Positions 32,652-44,786 are shown, counted from the stretch's first letter. The stretch is 64,000 nt of DNA from Calditrichia bacterium (GCA_963796965.1 CAWCNS010000007.1:352001-416000); one strand, 5' to 3'. Numbers and translations are program-made. The notes: generated from the sequence alone by a model not told the origin.

Positions 32652-34310
32652 CTAATACATTTCCCAGGGAGCCCAGGTGGTACTATTGGCATGCCGGCCA
32701 AATTTTAACGGAGGCTTTCCTGCTTCAAAGGCTCCTATATCGGGTCCCTGGCCTGAAAAATCATCATTAAAATTTGGAATTATTACGCCGCCATCAATGA
32801 CCGGATTTGGAATGCTGACTACAGGATCCGTCAATATCTTCTCAACGCCACCAATGATAACCGGGACTTTGCCCCATTGTACTTTGTTAATGGTCGATGT
32901 GGGATAAAATTCAAGATAATACGAATCGATATAGTCAGGTATTTCCCGTATACCATGAATTTCCTTTGCATTGCCATATTCCATACCTGTAAATAGATCA
33001 TAGTCATAATCACCGGGAACTTCAGCGGGTTTTATTGAAGCTAACCTGCCAGGACAATGGAAAATATTGTTACGTGTGACCGTATTTGGATCCGGATGTC
33101 CACTAAAGACATTTAAAGAGCCATTCGGTTGAAGAGCCGTATTATGGAAAATATATTTACGGCCGCCACCAAATTCATTTCGCATTCCAGTTTTAATCAT
33201 TGAACCGCCGAGAAATTTCTGTGATTTTCTTGTTTCTCCGAAAATATTACGAAAGATATATAAAGGTCCCTTTGAAGTTGATGCCGTGGCAATATGTTGA
33301 AAGGTATCATGGGTATAATTTCCCCAGATCCTCACATTCATATTCGCCCCTTCACTCTCTATGGCATCATCATGGGCACTTCTAATAATATTTCCATAGA
33401 TATCCGAATCACGGTTCGGGCTGCCGGCATGACTAAAATTCGAGCCACCTCCAATCACATCATTATAGCTATGATCAAATGTGGACCACAGGTCATTATA
33501 GCGAATCACATTGTTTCCACTGGAATTTATCAAACTAATCGCCTGAGGTCCGGCGGGATGACCGGTATCCCAATCATTGGAACATCCCCTCGGGTTTTCA
33601 ATTAGATTCCTCTGAATGATCAAATTCCCTGCCCCGGTTGCGGCATATATGCCACTATCCGTATTACCTTCGTTCCCAAACGATTTCGGTCCGCCAATAC
33701 GTCCCCAGAAGGAAATGTGGCATTCTTCAACCACAATATGATGCCGACCCTCTTTAATATAAATTGCATGTTTGGCAGCATTTTTAACTTCAATGCCGCG
33801 TAAAACAACATAATCAGCATCGATAATGACGGTAAATTCCCTACTATTTCGGACATCAATCGTTGTATGTGATTTCTCTGATGGTGCGATTAGGTGGTAG
33901 GCATCGGCACTACCCGATTCATTAATAACAAAGGTCTCAGATGATATACCATGGTCAAGATAGGTAGTTTTCCCGACCTTAAACGTCTCACTAAGCGTTT
34001 TAGTGGTTAAATCAATCTGTTTGTCAGCCAGGGTTAAACGTATCTGATATTCCGTATCCTGGGATAACCCGATGATGCTTCCACGGTATTCTAAATCTCT
34101 TTGATCAAACCACAGGGGCATTGCCTCTTTCCACAAATCTGTTACTGCTGTCCGGTAACTCACCCTGCATTCCCCTAAATTTTCCGCATCAACCTTATAA
34201 TAGATCCCGATACATTCAAAAGTGGGCACAGAATAAGGATTGGCTGCCTGCGATTGGGCAAAAGAATTGCTAGTTATCATTATTAAAAAGCTAATGATTA
34301 TTACTTTCAT
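32652..34310 (-). CDS. Secreted right-handed beta-helix protein (possible polysaccharide lyase)
   Basis: PTFECIGIY, RGSIIGL...TEY, DDAIESEGAN.NVRIWGN, GP.YIFRN, PDIGAFE.G. Confidence 0.7.
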   Translation of the reverse strand: MKVIIISFLIMITSNSFAQSQAANPYSVPTFECIGIYYKVDAENLGECRVSYRTAVTDLWKEAMPLWFDQRDLEYRGSIIGLSQDTEYQIRLTLADKQIDLTTKTLSETFKVGKTTYLDHGISSETFVINESGSADAYHLIAPSEKSHTTIDVRNSREFTVIIDADYVVLRGIEVKNAAKHAIYIKEGRHHIVVEECHISFWGRIGGPKSFGNEGNTDSGIYAATGAGNLIIQRNLIENPRGCSNDWDTGHPAGPQAISLINSSGNNVIRYNDLWSTFDHSYNDVIGGGSNFSHAGSPNRDSDIYGNIIRSAHDDAIESEGANMNVRIWGNYTHDTFQHIATASTSKGPLYIFRNIFGETRKSQKFLGGSMIKTGMRNEFGGGRKYIFHNTALQPNGSLNVFSGHPDPNTVTRNNIFHCPGRLASIKPAEVPGDYDYDLFTGMEYGNAKEIHGIREIPDYIDSYYLEFYPTSTINKVQWGKVPVIIGGVEKILTDPVVSIPNPVIDGGVIIPNFNDDFSGQGPDIGAFEAGKPPLKFGRHANSTTWAPWEMY

Positions 34311-34621
34311 CTTACTAACTCCTCACAGCATAATTGGTTTTGTCAAAGATAAAAAGTTGTTTAATAATATAGGTCTTTCTTAACGCCGAACACGCTGAGA
34401 TCCGCAGAGTTTAAAATATTAAATAATCTTTTTCTTTGCCTTCTCTGCGGACTCTGCGTTTAGAAAATATTCGAGATTTTGCCACTACCGTATAATTTGT
34501 CGTGTAAAATCCCCTGTCATAGCATACAACTTCATAATAAAGGTTACAGTTTTCACGTATATTAATATTATATGTATATCATAAGAATCAGGTTAATATT
34601 TTTATCACCTCTCATATATTA

Positions 34622-36145
34622 TTAGTCTTGAAAGTAATTATATTCCTTCTTTAGACCAAAGGTCTCAATCGCCTCCTGACTCGGTCTGGGCATAAAATCC
34701 TTCTTTGCATAGTATTTCGTCTGATCCCAGATGATTGGTTGCCCTAAACTCCGTGGATCTTTTGTGTTGCGGAGATAAATATCCAGCTTCTTTGAGAGTT
34801 CTTGTTTAATCGTTTTATAGTCTTCCCGGAAAGCTATATTATTCATTTGATCCTGGTCTTTTTTCAAATCGTATAATTCTTCAGCCGGGCGTTTATCAAA
34901 AGCCATCTTATATAAATCTCTCATATCTGCTTTATTTTTGTTCTCTATAATATAATATTTTGTCGGGGATGGATAATGCATCATATGAGCGTCCACATCA
35001 CCATATAAGGGCGGATCACCTGCCGGCCAGCGATCAGGTTCATAATTCCTGATATAAAGATAGTCATGGGTTCGGATGGCTCTACCCGGATACCCCAGAC
35101 CATTCATGCGGCATAAGGCATGCCTCTCCCTGGCAGTGACAATAAATTCGCGCCTCGGATCTAAGTGGCCTGATTCCTTTGAATACACGAGATTGGTAAT
35201 ACTTTTTGCCGTCATTTCAGAGGGAATGGTAAGGCCGGCAATTTCTAAAAAAGTTGGGGCAAGGTCGTTTAAATTCACAAAATCATCAACCTTTCGACCT
35301 CCGGGAATATGATCCTTCCAATAGAATATCATCGGTATCCGTGTGCCAAAATCGTACAAATTTGCCAAACCTCGTGGCATTTGCCAACCATTGTCACTGC
35401 AGATAACGATTATCGTATTGTCCCACTGTTTTGAATCTTTTAATAGGTCTAAAATTTCGCCCACTTCGGCATCAAAATTTTGTATTTCTAAATAATAATC
35501 ACAGATATCTCCACGGGTTGCATCATTGTCAGGCAAGTAAGATGGCACCTTGACTAAGCTCTTATCCATACCAGATGCCTTACCAGAGTTTACCTTATAG
35601 GGTCTGTGCGGATTACGACTACTAAACCAATAACACCATGGTTTTTTTGGGCTCTTGGTGTTCATGAACTCGGTAAAAGATTCATATTTCTTGCCCCCAT
35701 GATTATATTCCCGCCCGCTATCTTCAACGTTTCCTGGTCCCCAGCCTTTACCCTGGCATCCTATAAAATAACCAGATTCTCTTAGCATGTCCGTATATAC
35801 AGGGTATTTATTTGGCAATATGCCATGGAGATTTGCTCCTTCTTCTAATCGCCAGATATCTTGTCCGGTTAACATTCCTGCCCTGGCTGGCGTACAGGAG
35901 GGTGCTGCACAAAATGCATGTGTGAATTTGACGCCTTCTTTTGCTATCCTATCAATCCTAGGTGTTTTGACCACTGGATCACCATAACAGCCCAGATGAT
36001 TCCAGGAATGATTATCTGACATAAGTAAAAGAATATTGGGACGACTTACTTCCTTAGCAGGTTGACAAGAGTATAAGAGCAGAAGCGTCAAGGATATATA
36101 TTTAAGAAATTGACTAATATTCCGATTCATAATTAAAGATTTCAT
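34622..36145 (-). CDS. Cys-type sulfatase, N-sulfoglucosamine sulfohydrolase-like lipoprotein
   Basis: PNILL..SD, SCTPARAGMLTG, GKGWGPG, PHRPY, SDNG, YP.RAIRT..YLYIRN. Confidence 0.88.
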   Translation of the reverse strand: MKSLIMNRNISQFLKYISLTLLLLYSCQPAKEVSRPNILLLMSDNHSWNHLGCYGDPVVKTPRIDRIAKEGVKFTHAFCAAPSCTPARAGMLTGQDIWRLEEGANLHGILPNKYPVYTDMLRESGYFIGCQGKGWGPGNVEDSGREYNHGGKKYESFTEFMNTKSPKKPWCYWFSSRNPHRPYKVNSGKASGMDKSLVKVPSYLPDNDATRGDICDYYLEIQNFDAEVGEILDLLKDSKQWDNTIIVICSDNGWQMPRGLANLYDFGTRIPMIFYWKDHIPGGRKVDDFVNLNDLAPTFLEIAGLTIPSEMTAKSITNLVYSKESGHLDPRREFIVTARERHALCRMNGLGYPGRAIRTHDYLYIRNYEPDRWPAGDPPLYGDVDAHMMHYPSPTKYYIIENKNKADMRDLYKMAFDKRPAEELYDLKKDQDQMNNIAFREDYKTIKQELSKKLDIYLRNTKDPRSLGQPIIWDQTKYYAKKDFMPRPSQEAIETFGLKKEYNYFQD

Positions 36146-36219
36146 TTAAATTTGTGGTTTTATAATTAGTTTTACATTTATTCTACTTATTTTCGTTACT
36201 TTTCCACCTCCATACTTAT

Positions 36220-37674
36220 TTATTGCTTGCTTTGCTCTCTGATTTCCGTGAGTAAAGCACGCATCTGCTCTAATTTTTTGGCTTGCGCGGGCAACGTCAC
36301 AAGATTTTTAAATTCATGAGGATCCGTCTGGTGGTCGTACAGCTCCTCACCTGTATCCCCCCAGCGATTGTACCGCCAATGGTTTGTTCGAATCGACTCA
36401 CCATTTTTGTGTGTTACTGTATAGGCCGCTTTCCGGCTTCCAGGTTGAGCCGGATCCTGGAGAGATCCACGTAAACTTCTCCCCTGTAGAATTTTCGGGG
36501 CTTGCTCTCCTAAACCAACCAGATCCGCAATCGTAGGATACAGATCGATCAATTCAGTGAGTCCATGACTGTGTTTACCGGCAGAGCCTTCAAATCCCGG
36601 TGCAGAGATAATCAGGGGAACGCGCGTACTTTCCTCAAAAAGACTTAACTTTTGCCAGCAATTGTGTTCTCCCAAATTGTAACCGTGATCAGATGTAAAA
36701 ATGACAACCGTATTTTTACGAAGATCGAGACGGTCAAGCGTATTCAAAAGTCTCCCGACCTGTTCATCCATATAACTGACACTGGCATAATAGGAGGCAC
36801 ATGCCTTTTTTTGTTGCGTTTCATTCATTCCGTATCGGCCCATGTTTTCCATTCGTGCTGCGTCCGCAGGAACATCCTCTAAATCACCCTCTGGAACGTA
36901 AGGAAGTTTCGTATCCTCTTCCGGATATTCTTCGAAAAGACGTTTGGGAGCAATCAGAGGCACGTGCGGTCGCACAAATCCAACAGCCAAAAAAAACGGT
37001 TGTTCCGGACGCAAAAAACGTGAATCCGTACGCCCGCGAGCCCTATTTTCCAGGATGGCGATTGCCTGACTTGATGCCAGATGGTCAGCTTGCGTCCTGA
37101 TCAACTCATCTGGTACAATTATTCGAGTAAAATTTGATCCATAATGTTTTCGTTTTGGGCTAAGTAGTTCGAGTATCCCGGGACTGGCGGTTTCTGGCGC
37201 CATAATATCAAAGGCACGGTCCCAGGAATCCGGATCATCACCACCGCGATCACCTGCTTCGATCCCACCGGGAACACCCATATGAAAGATCTTTGAAACT
37301 CTGAACGCTACATACCCGTTGACGCGCAAAAACCCTCCAATACTTGGATGATCCGCAAGATCAGGATTGGTCGCCCGATAGCTGCCAAGTTTGTAGTTGT
37401 TTTTCAACATCCCGGTCCGGTTAGGGTATAGACCACTCATAAATGATGCACGCGAAGGGCCACAAACAGGAAACTGAGAATATGCCCGATCGAACACGAC
37501 TCCTTCTGAAGCCAACCGATCGAGATTTGGTGTCTTGCATACATCGTTACCGTAGGAGCCAAGACATGTTGTTAGATCGTCGCTGACAATCAAAAGGATG
37601 TTTGGACGCTCCGCACTATGAACATGGCCTTGAAATACTAAGATCAGCATTAATATAATTAGTTGTATTTTCAT
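36220..37674 (-). CDS. Cys-type sulfatase, iduronate-2-sulfatase-like
   Basis: PNILLI.SDDL, CGPSRASFMSG.YP, SKIFH, PFFLAVGF.RPHVP, SDHGY.LGEH..WQK.SLFE. Confidence 0.9.
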   Translation of the reverse strand: MKIQLIILMLILVFQGHVHSAERPNILLIVSDDLTTCLGSYGNDVCKTPNLDRLASEGVVFDRAYSQFPVCGPSRASFMSGLYPNRTGMLKNNYKLGSYRATNPDLADHPSIGGFLRVNGYVAFRVSKIFHMGVPGGIEAGDRGGDDPDSWDRAFDIMAPETASPGILELLSPKRKHYGSNFTRIIVPDELIRTQADHLASSQAIAILENRARGRTDSRFLRPEQPFFLAVGFVRPHVPLIAPKRLFEEYPEEDTKLPYVPEGDLEDVPADAARMENMGRYGMNETQQKKACASYYASVSYMDEQVGRLLNTLDRLDLRKNTVVIFTSDHGYNLGEHNCWQKLSLFEESTRVPLIISAPGFEGSAGKHSHGLTELIDLYPTIADLVGLGEQAPKILQGRSLRGSLQDPAQPGSRKAAYTVTHKNGESIRTNHWRYNRWGDTGEELYDHQTDPHEFKNLVTLPAQAKKLEQMRALLTEIREQSKQ

Positions 37675-38211
37675 CGTTGCTCCCACTATTGTTTGGGGTT
37701 GTGTAAAAAATAACCACAGAGAACACAGAGTAAATATTTAATAATTATTGACTTAAATCAATTAATTTCCTTCTCCTTCTCTGTTACCCCTAAATTATAT
37801 TACATCATGTATTCCGATTCCATGAATTCAATAATATGATTTATTACGATTCTAACTTACTGACCCTCTGACAAAAGATAAATCTACCAGTGGATATTAT
37901 AAACACTATTGAAATTATATTAATAAAGCAATTAAATCATTTTTCCATCACTTCTTCTGGTTTTATTGTATTATAAATAACTCAGAGTATTTCTCTGTGG
38001 TCTCTGCCTGTCCCGTAGGCTTGGTAAAGCCAGGCTTGTACGGGATGGTTTTATCTTTTTATCCTATTTTTCATAGTACTTTTGACACTACTTTGTTTGG
38101 CTTTATTTGTGTTATTTTTCAACCATTAACAAATCTTGTTATAGAGTAAGAAAATGCCTCTACTTTTGTACAATAAATGCCCCAGATTCATGTATGGAAT
38201 CTTTTCCATGC

Positions 38212-39702
38212 TTAAACCCAATCCCATTCACTTTTAATTTTCTTTTCAAGATTACTAAATCTGTGCTGATACTCATTCCTGCCGGCCAGGTTTTCCTGCT
38301 CCGTCCAGCCGCCGGCCATCTTATACAGTTCAGGTGATCGAGATTCATTGAGAATCAATTTCCAGTCTCTGGTTCGTGCCATTATGGTGCGTTTGTCATC
38401 TTGCCAGGTAAGACGTTCTACCCTGGTATGGAAGGGGACGTCACTATCGGGATTATAGGCAGGTTCCGGATTATCAAAATAACCACTGATAAGATCACTA
38501 TACTTGGCAGAGGCGAAAACCGTAAAATCTGGTTCATCCCTTTCTATTCCTTGTATCAATGGTTTTAATGATCTTCCCGGTAAACCATCGGGTATTTTCC
38601 CAACAGACATATCAGCCAGGGTTGGGAAAATATCCACGCCCTGGGCCAGATTTTGTACGCGAATTCCCTTTTTGATCAAGCCGGGGGCAAAACAGATAAA
38701 GGGAACATGCAGCAGGGCATCATACAGGAACATTCCCTTACGAACCATCCTGTACTCACCCATAAAATCACCATGATCGGAAGTAAATAATACGATTGTA
38801 TTTTCATCCAATCCTGTTTCGCTTAGCGTTTGTAAAATTCTACCCACCTGGCGGTCTACGCCCCACTCGATTGATGCATAATAATAGCGTATTGTTTCCA
38901 GCAGATCCTCATCGCGGATGCGGTCGTAATGCAGCGCATGCCATTGTTCAGCAAAGCGAGGACTCAAATTCTCTGGCGAAACAAAGGGCGGTAATTTCAT
39001 ATCCTGTGCACAATATTGACTGGTAAAGGCTGCATCAGCAAAATATGGCGGGTGAGGATCAAAATAACTAATATGGAGAAAAAATGGCTCGGTTTTTTTG
39101 GCCTTTTTTAAAAATTCTATGCTGTCTTCCGTGTTTAAATGGGGATAACACTGCTCATCCGGCCAGAATGTATCGCTATGCCAGTAAGGGGGTACAAATT
39201 TAGAATAAGCACGAAATTTTTCGCGGTCGCGTATCTTTGCATAATCGATATTCTGAACAACTGGTTTTGTAAACGTATGATTTTTCCCTACCCAACCCAA
39301 TTGATATCCGTGCTGCCGGAAATAACCAAGCATGGAGTTTTCGATCGAATCCGGCACTTTGTTTGATTTATTGGTTAATTGACCATGCTGATGGGGATAC
39401 AAACCGGTAAAATTGCTGATCCTTGAAGGAACGCAGACAGGATTATTGCTGAAATAATTATCAAATAAAACACCCTCAGAAGCCATTTTATCCAGGTTTG
39501 GCGTCCGGGCGTTCGGATTACCAAGACAGCTCAGGGCATCACCACGCATCTGATCGCAGATAATATATATCACATTAGGTGGTGTCTTATCTGACTTGCT
39601 TGTTAAAATGGCAGGAAATGACAGAGCCGCTGTTGCAGCAGCAACCGCCTGACCACTTTTTCTAATAAATCCGCGCCGGTTCATGTTGTCTGATCTCTTC
39701 AT
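38212..39702 (-). CDS. Cys-type sulfatase with Tat signal
   Basis: NRRGFI Tat motif, PNV..I..DQ.R, CVPSR...FTG.YP, GKNH, DPHPPY, TSDHGD. Confidence 0.9.
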   Translation of the reverse strand: MKRSDNMNRRGFIRKSGQAVAAATAALSFPAILTSKSDKTPPNVIYIICDQMRGDALSCLGNPNARTPNLDKMASEGVLFDNYFSNNPVCVPSRISNFTGLYPHQHGQLTNKSNKVPDSIENSMLGYFRQHGYQLGWVGKNHTFTKPVVQNIDYAKIRDREKFRAYSKFVPPYWHSDTFWPDEQCYPHLNTEDSIEFLKKAKKTEPFFLHISYFDPHPPYFADAAFTSQYCAQDMKLPPFVSPENLSPRFAEQWHALHYDRIRDEDLLETIRYYYASIEWGVDRQVGRILQTLSETGLDENTIVLFTSDHGDFMGEYRMVRKGMFLYDALLHVPFICFAPGLIKKGIRVQNLAQGVDIFPTLADMSVGKIPDGLPGRSLKPLIQGIERDEPDFTVFASAKYSDLISGYFDNPEPAYNPDSDVPFHTRVERLTWQDDKRTIMARTRDWKLILNESRSPELYKMAGGWTEQENLAGRNEYQHRFSNLEKKIKSEWDWV

Positions 39703-39877
39703 TGACACCCTTACTTTTATTCATCGAATATGGAATTAAAAGTGCTCATTTATCGTCATCCTGAACTTTTTTCAGAATCTATGTATCTGAATGTGGTTTT
39801 TATCCTGATTTTTCATTTCCCGATTCTTTCGGGATGACACTACCTGATGGCTACACCAACCACAAATATTAAACATC

Positions 39878-42298
39878 TTATTCAATTATTAAAGCAGTAT
39901 AAATACTGAACTCCGGTAGCGGAATTTCCGCTACGCCATCTCTAAACTTAATATCTGAAATCACCCCATCTTTTTCTGCAAAACGGATTGACTTGCCTTT
40001 AACCAAATTTTCCGGCATAATAACAACCGTGCCTTTCACGATTGAATATTCGTCTATTATGGGTTCTTCAAAATTGCTGGACCTGCGGCTTTGTCCCCCG
40101 TGGACCAAATGAACAATCATTCTGTTGGGCTGCTCAAATACCGAAACTTCCATATTAACCGCTGCTTTCACCTCGACCAGGCGTTCTGTTTTTTCCACTA
40201 GCCGATTAAAGGTGCTCTTAAATATTTTCCGGTTTTGCGTATTGCCTGAAACTGTATAATCGGTGAAAACCGGGAAGGCAAAATACACGACTTTGCCTTC
40301 ACCAAGGTTCCTTATCGTAATCGCCGGATAATCAGAGACCTCTTCCATTGGCGGACTTTGGCGGTGTGATATTCTATGAGGCGTGCCGAAATTCATGGGT
40401 AATGCGATGGATGCAAATATTTTCGTCTTATCTATCAACCTTACAAACTGTACATTCTCACGCGAATAGATATCTGTAGGAAGTGGGTCGGGCATTATTT
40501 CCGGATCGATCCGTATAAATGCTGGTTGAGGCTTTACACTTTGGTCTAATTCAATACCGATTAATTTCTGCAATTTATCGCCGGGGAGTCCTTCGACCAT
40601 TAGTCTCCCCCCTTTTATGACGTAGGTTTCTAACTTCTCGATATAGGCTTCAGGAAGGTCAACGAGGTTTTGTACGATCACGACCTTGAACAGATCAAGG
40701 CTGTTCTTCATATCAATAACCGTAAAATGAATGCCTGCATCTACTAATATTGAACTTGCCTTTTCATTTGCTTCCAGAACCTCATTCGCCCTAACAGCAG
40801 TCACATCCGTGTTGGGACGCAAGAAGGCCACGTAAGGCACAAGATCCGCACCAAATACATATGGTTCTACCCTTTCGGCCATATGCATGGCTTTACTCAT
40901 GGTTTTGTATGCTTCCGGGTTAAAAGTTCCATAGGGATGCAGCTGGTCGCCAATTGTTATGCCACAGCCATTTGCCAGACAGACTGCCGTCTCGTAGTAT
41001 AAAAGAGCCTCATCTGCAAATCCGCCAAAATCACCCCACCCTGTCCAAAAACGTGTTGTCATCGCAATCATAGGAATAGTGCCATGTGCATACCTGGCAA
41101 TATAAGGAAGGCGGTATAGCGACTGCTTGTGCATCCAGGCTTCTATTTCCAGGATATCCTGTTTGGCAAGGTCTTCATGTGGTTTATAAAACTGCTGGTT
41201 ATTGGCAATAATTATATCAGAACGAAGGCTCCGGATCAGATCGATGGTTTCATAAACAAATTCATCATTGCCCGGAAAATCGAACCAAAAACCGTCAATA
41301 TCGTAATCACGAACACATTCGACAATCATAGGCCAGGTGTAGTCTTTTACATATTGGGTAGAGGGTCTAGAATCAACACGTTGGTATTTATTATTTATCT
41401 CTCCTTCCCCTTCAACCGTTGTCCCGTACATTTCATCAATGTTGATTGAAAAATAGGCCCACACTTTAATATTATATTTATGACATGCCTCAATTTGTGC
41501 TTTCATCAGGTCAAAATCTAATCCCGGATGGCGCGTGCCAACCTTTGTATTGTAATAGGCATATCCATGATGTCCTTTTGCAAAAAGTGTGATGGCATTT
41601 AAACCGTTTTCTTTCAATGTTTTTGCATACACATCTGGATCAAAATTTTTACCAATTCCTTTTACAAATCCTCCCGTGTGAAAATCACAATGTATCTTCC
41701 GGCTAATACTTTTATACCAGTCATCAGGTATTTGTTTGGTCAAATCTCTTTTTTTCGGATCAGGTGCCGGAACAGGAAATTGACTGCTTTTGTAAACCAA
41801 TTGCAAGCCTCTAATTTCCGGAATCGGTGTCTCTACATATTCTGAAGTAAAGCGGATATGTTTCAATCCCGGTGTGAGTCTAATTGTACCAAGGGATACC
41901 CAATCGTTTGTAAAATCGCCAGCCACAATAAAAACCTCACCAATTGTCTCACCTTCAACACTTAATAAGGTTTTCGATGATTTTGAACTGGTGTATTTTG
42001 CCTGAATTTCGTATTCGCCCCCTGTTTTAAAATCAACCTTGTACTCAATGAGCCCGGGAACATGAGAGGCCATGGCTTTTTTCTGACCCCTGATGATGTC
42101 GTTATTCAGGACAAGATTACTTCGCCAATATTCTTTTAAGTTAAAATTGAGTGAGTTGGATGTGGATTTATCAAAAGATTGTTTTTTGGCCAGAATATGT
42201 TGTGCAGGTAAATCATTCATAAAGATACAAACGACAAATGAGAATAATATTAATTGATTAAAAATGAAATGAATTATTTTACTATACCTTATAGCCAT
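39878..42298 (-). CDS. Glycoside hydrolase with N-terminal CBM-like, GHL6/GH29-like TIM barrel and beta-galactosidase trimerisation-like domains
   Basis: H.DFHT, LFAKGHHG..YY.T..G..HP.L..DL, YD.DGFWFD, RF...WGDFGG, GDQLHP.G. Confidence 0.75.
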   Translation of the reverse strand: MAIRYSKIIHFIFNQLILFSFVVCIFMNDLPAQHILAKKQSFDKSTSNSLNFNLKEYWRSNLVLNNDIIRGQKKAMASHVPGLIEYKVDFKTGGEYEIQAKYTSSKSSKTLLSVEGETIGEVFIVAGDFTNDWVSLGTIRLTPGLKHIRFTSEYVETPIPEIRGLQLVYKSSQFPVPAPDPKKRDLTKQIPDDWYKSISRKIHCDFHTGGFVKGIGKNFDPDVYAKTLKENGLNAITLFAKGHHGYAYYNTKVGTRHPGLDFDLMKAQIEACHKYNIKVWAYFSINIDEMYGTTVEGEGEINNKYQRVDSRPSTQYVKDYTWPMIVECVRDYDIDGFWFDFPGNDEFVYETIDLIRSLRSDIIIANNQQFYKPHEDLAKQDILEIEAWMHKQSLYRLPYIARYAHGTIPMIAMTTRFWTGWGDFGGFADEALLYYETAVCLANGCGITIGDQLHPYGTFNPEAYKTMSKAMHMAERVEPYVFGADLVPYVAFLRPNTDVTAVRANEVLEANEKASSILVDAGIHFTVIDMKNSLDLFKVVIVQNLVDLPEAYIEKLETYVIKGGRLMVEGLPGDKLQKLIGIELDQSVKPQPAFIRIDPEIMPDPLPTDIYSRENVQFVRLIDKTKIFASIALPMNFGTPHRISHRQSPPMEEVSDYPAITIRNLGEGKVVYFAFPVFTDYTVSGNTQNRKIFKSTFNRLVEKTERLVEVKAAVNMEVSVFEQPNRMIVHLVHGGQSRRSSNFEEPIIDEYSIVKGTVVIMPENLVKGKSIRFAEKDGVISDIKFRDGVAEIPLPEFSIYTALIIE

Positions 42299-42414
42299 TG
42301 TACTTCCTCCCATTCGACTGCATACCGCCAATACCATACACCCGGCCATAATGCCCGCTATACCTTATTCTGCCATAATAATCGAAACAGCAACAGCCCC
42401 AAGATCGGAACCAT

Positions 42415-44786
42415 TTATTCGGGAAAATCCATATAAAATAGTCGCTGACCTGGGTTGACAACAACAATTTTATGCGTATACCCTGATTCTTTTTCATCAG
42501 GGAATGCCACGCTTATTTTAACAGGATACTTCCACCGGGTACCGATCTCGCCCTTAATTTGATTATTTAAAGTATTCCATGAGATAATCTCTGCGCCACC
42601 ACCGGAGAAATGCATATCGGTACCGGCCAGAACCGGATTGACGCCATCCCAGGGGGCAATACGTAAAAGACGGCTGGTATGTGGCGCTATTTCGCCCAAA
42701 TTAATGACATCCCCCGATTTATAGATTCCTAATATTTTCTGACTAAAAAATTCAGATACCAGAAAATTGCTCCCAGAGACCGACGCCAGAACATTTCGAG
42801 ACAATTCTAAGGACATTTTCTTCTTTTCATCCGTCCAGTTTATCATTGTTACAGTTATCCATGGCCCAAGGTTAGAACAGATTGGACGTATCTCTGTAAG
42901 CATCTTTGAAGGACAAAGGGGATCAAATATATCGAGAGGAACCGACGATGCATTGACAGAAGGAATAACATGCCGGTAGAATGCTTTCCGCTCATTGCCC
43001 AATTCAGGCATAAACTCGGTAAAAGTAATCAATCCACCGGCTATATATTGATTTAAAGCAATTGTCCTGGCCTCATCATCTGTAAGTAAACCCAGACTAA
43101 GCTCCCTGTCAGAATGAAATCTTTCGCTCTCTTTTGCGAACCATCATCGCATCAGGATCAACATGCCATAAGCGATTCATCCAGGTCCGTAATATATTCT
43201 GTCTGAATTTGGGAATCTCCTTTGACCGCCATATAGAAACGACATCACTGCCACTACGCTGTGAGTTGGCTATTCCTATGGAACCGCCATAATGGCCACC
43301 ACATACGGCGAGATAAGCATCCGGCCCTGTTCCCCGCCGGATTGCTTGTAAGCCCATGCGATAAGCCTCTAACCGCGTTGCTGTCGGATCGTAAAATTTT
43401 TGCCCTTTATCCAGAAAAACGGATCGCATAAAATCAAATTTGAAATATTCATAACCCCAGTCATGGGCAAGTTTGCGGTAAGTTTCTTCAAGAAAGTCAC
43501 AAACACCAGGAAAAGTTAAATCCAGGACCCAATGGTCTATTTTATTCATATTAAAGGTAATTCTATCACCTTTTTCGTCTTTTAACAGCCATTCAGGGTG
43601 TTTTTCAGCTAAATCTGATTTAAAATCAACCAGATAAGGACAACTCCAGATGCCAGGTTTATAACCAAGAGTCTTTGATTCTATCTGCGGCGTTTTTCAT
43701 TCCACTGGGCCAGGATTCGATAGCTTCGAAATCACCCCATTTACCCAAACTCCAGCATTCATCAATAAGAAAAACATCAAAAGGCAGATGATTCTCTTTT
43801 AAGGCAGCTAAATCCTGATGAAAAAACTGCTCATTATAATAATAACCGTGAAAATACCAGGTGCAAAACACGGAAGGGGCATCTTTTGGTGGTTTTTTTA
43901 CACCATGATAGACCCCAACACGGTCCGCGTAGTCCGCTACCAGCTTATTTGGATCTGATCCTAATTTAATAAACACCCATTGACTTGTGCGCTCACCACC
44001 CTGGGGAATCAGACAGCTGTCAAATTCACATTCTGCTATAAACCGATCTAAATGCACTGTATCATTATTTTTCTTGAATTGAATCCACATCCGCGCACAA
44101 TGTCCCAATTGACTCAGATAGCCGATAAGTAGCGACGGAGAATCGATTTTATTTCTGTTATGCAGCAGTACAAATTGATCAATTTCATGCTTTTCACTGC
44201 CTGAAGGACGAATGGTTTGCGGCCGGCCATTTTTTAAGCGTTTTTGAATAAGCACATCCCAGTTTTCTGCATTGGACTCATTGAAAATGATTAATTCTTG
44301 ACTTTCCTCGCAAAAAACAGGAATAAGTGATTTTAGGTATATGGGTTTTGTGTTTTTATTGGTTATTTTTTGCCGGATGGCTATTTCTTTGTTTCCAGCG
44401 GAGATCCATACCTCTCTGGTCACCTTTAATCCAGTGATCGAAAATTCATCTGAGATGAGTCTTCCCGTGCTTCCGGCCAGAACTTTCCGGAATTCTTCCC
44501 TATTTTCATGTTTCCACTGTGCATTATCCTGATAAAGGAAGATTCGTCTGCGGAGACACCCATCTGCTCTCAATAGTCGTTCCATTGCCCTGGATTTTGA
44601 TTGGTTCGGTTGATGTGGGAATATTGATAGTGAATTTGAAATCATTGAGAGGTAATTCTTGTGATTGTGATGTTGAAATAAAGCATAGAGTGAAAGTCAG
44701 AAATATTATAAGAATGAGATGATTATTTACTTTGATTTTCTTTGAATACAAAAATCTAAAATAGTCCAAAATTCGTTCTTAATCAT
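42415..44786 (-). CDS. GH36 alpha-galactosidase; split by about three frameshifts
   Basis: FCTWY, LIDECW, WPSGMK, PGIW..P, LD.T.P, WGYEYFKFDF, R.G.D, LW..DPD; fragments 44524..44769, 43659..44645, 43109..43549 and 42415..43032. Confidence 0.8.

Noticed and set aside
36220..37686. Apparently higher GC content of this sulfatase as evidence of recent transfer
   Set aside because: Only a visual impression; no boundaries or mobility signal, and not quantified
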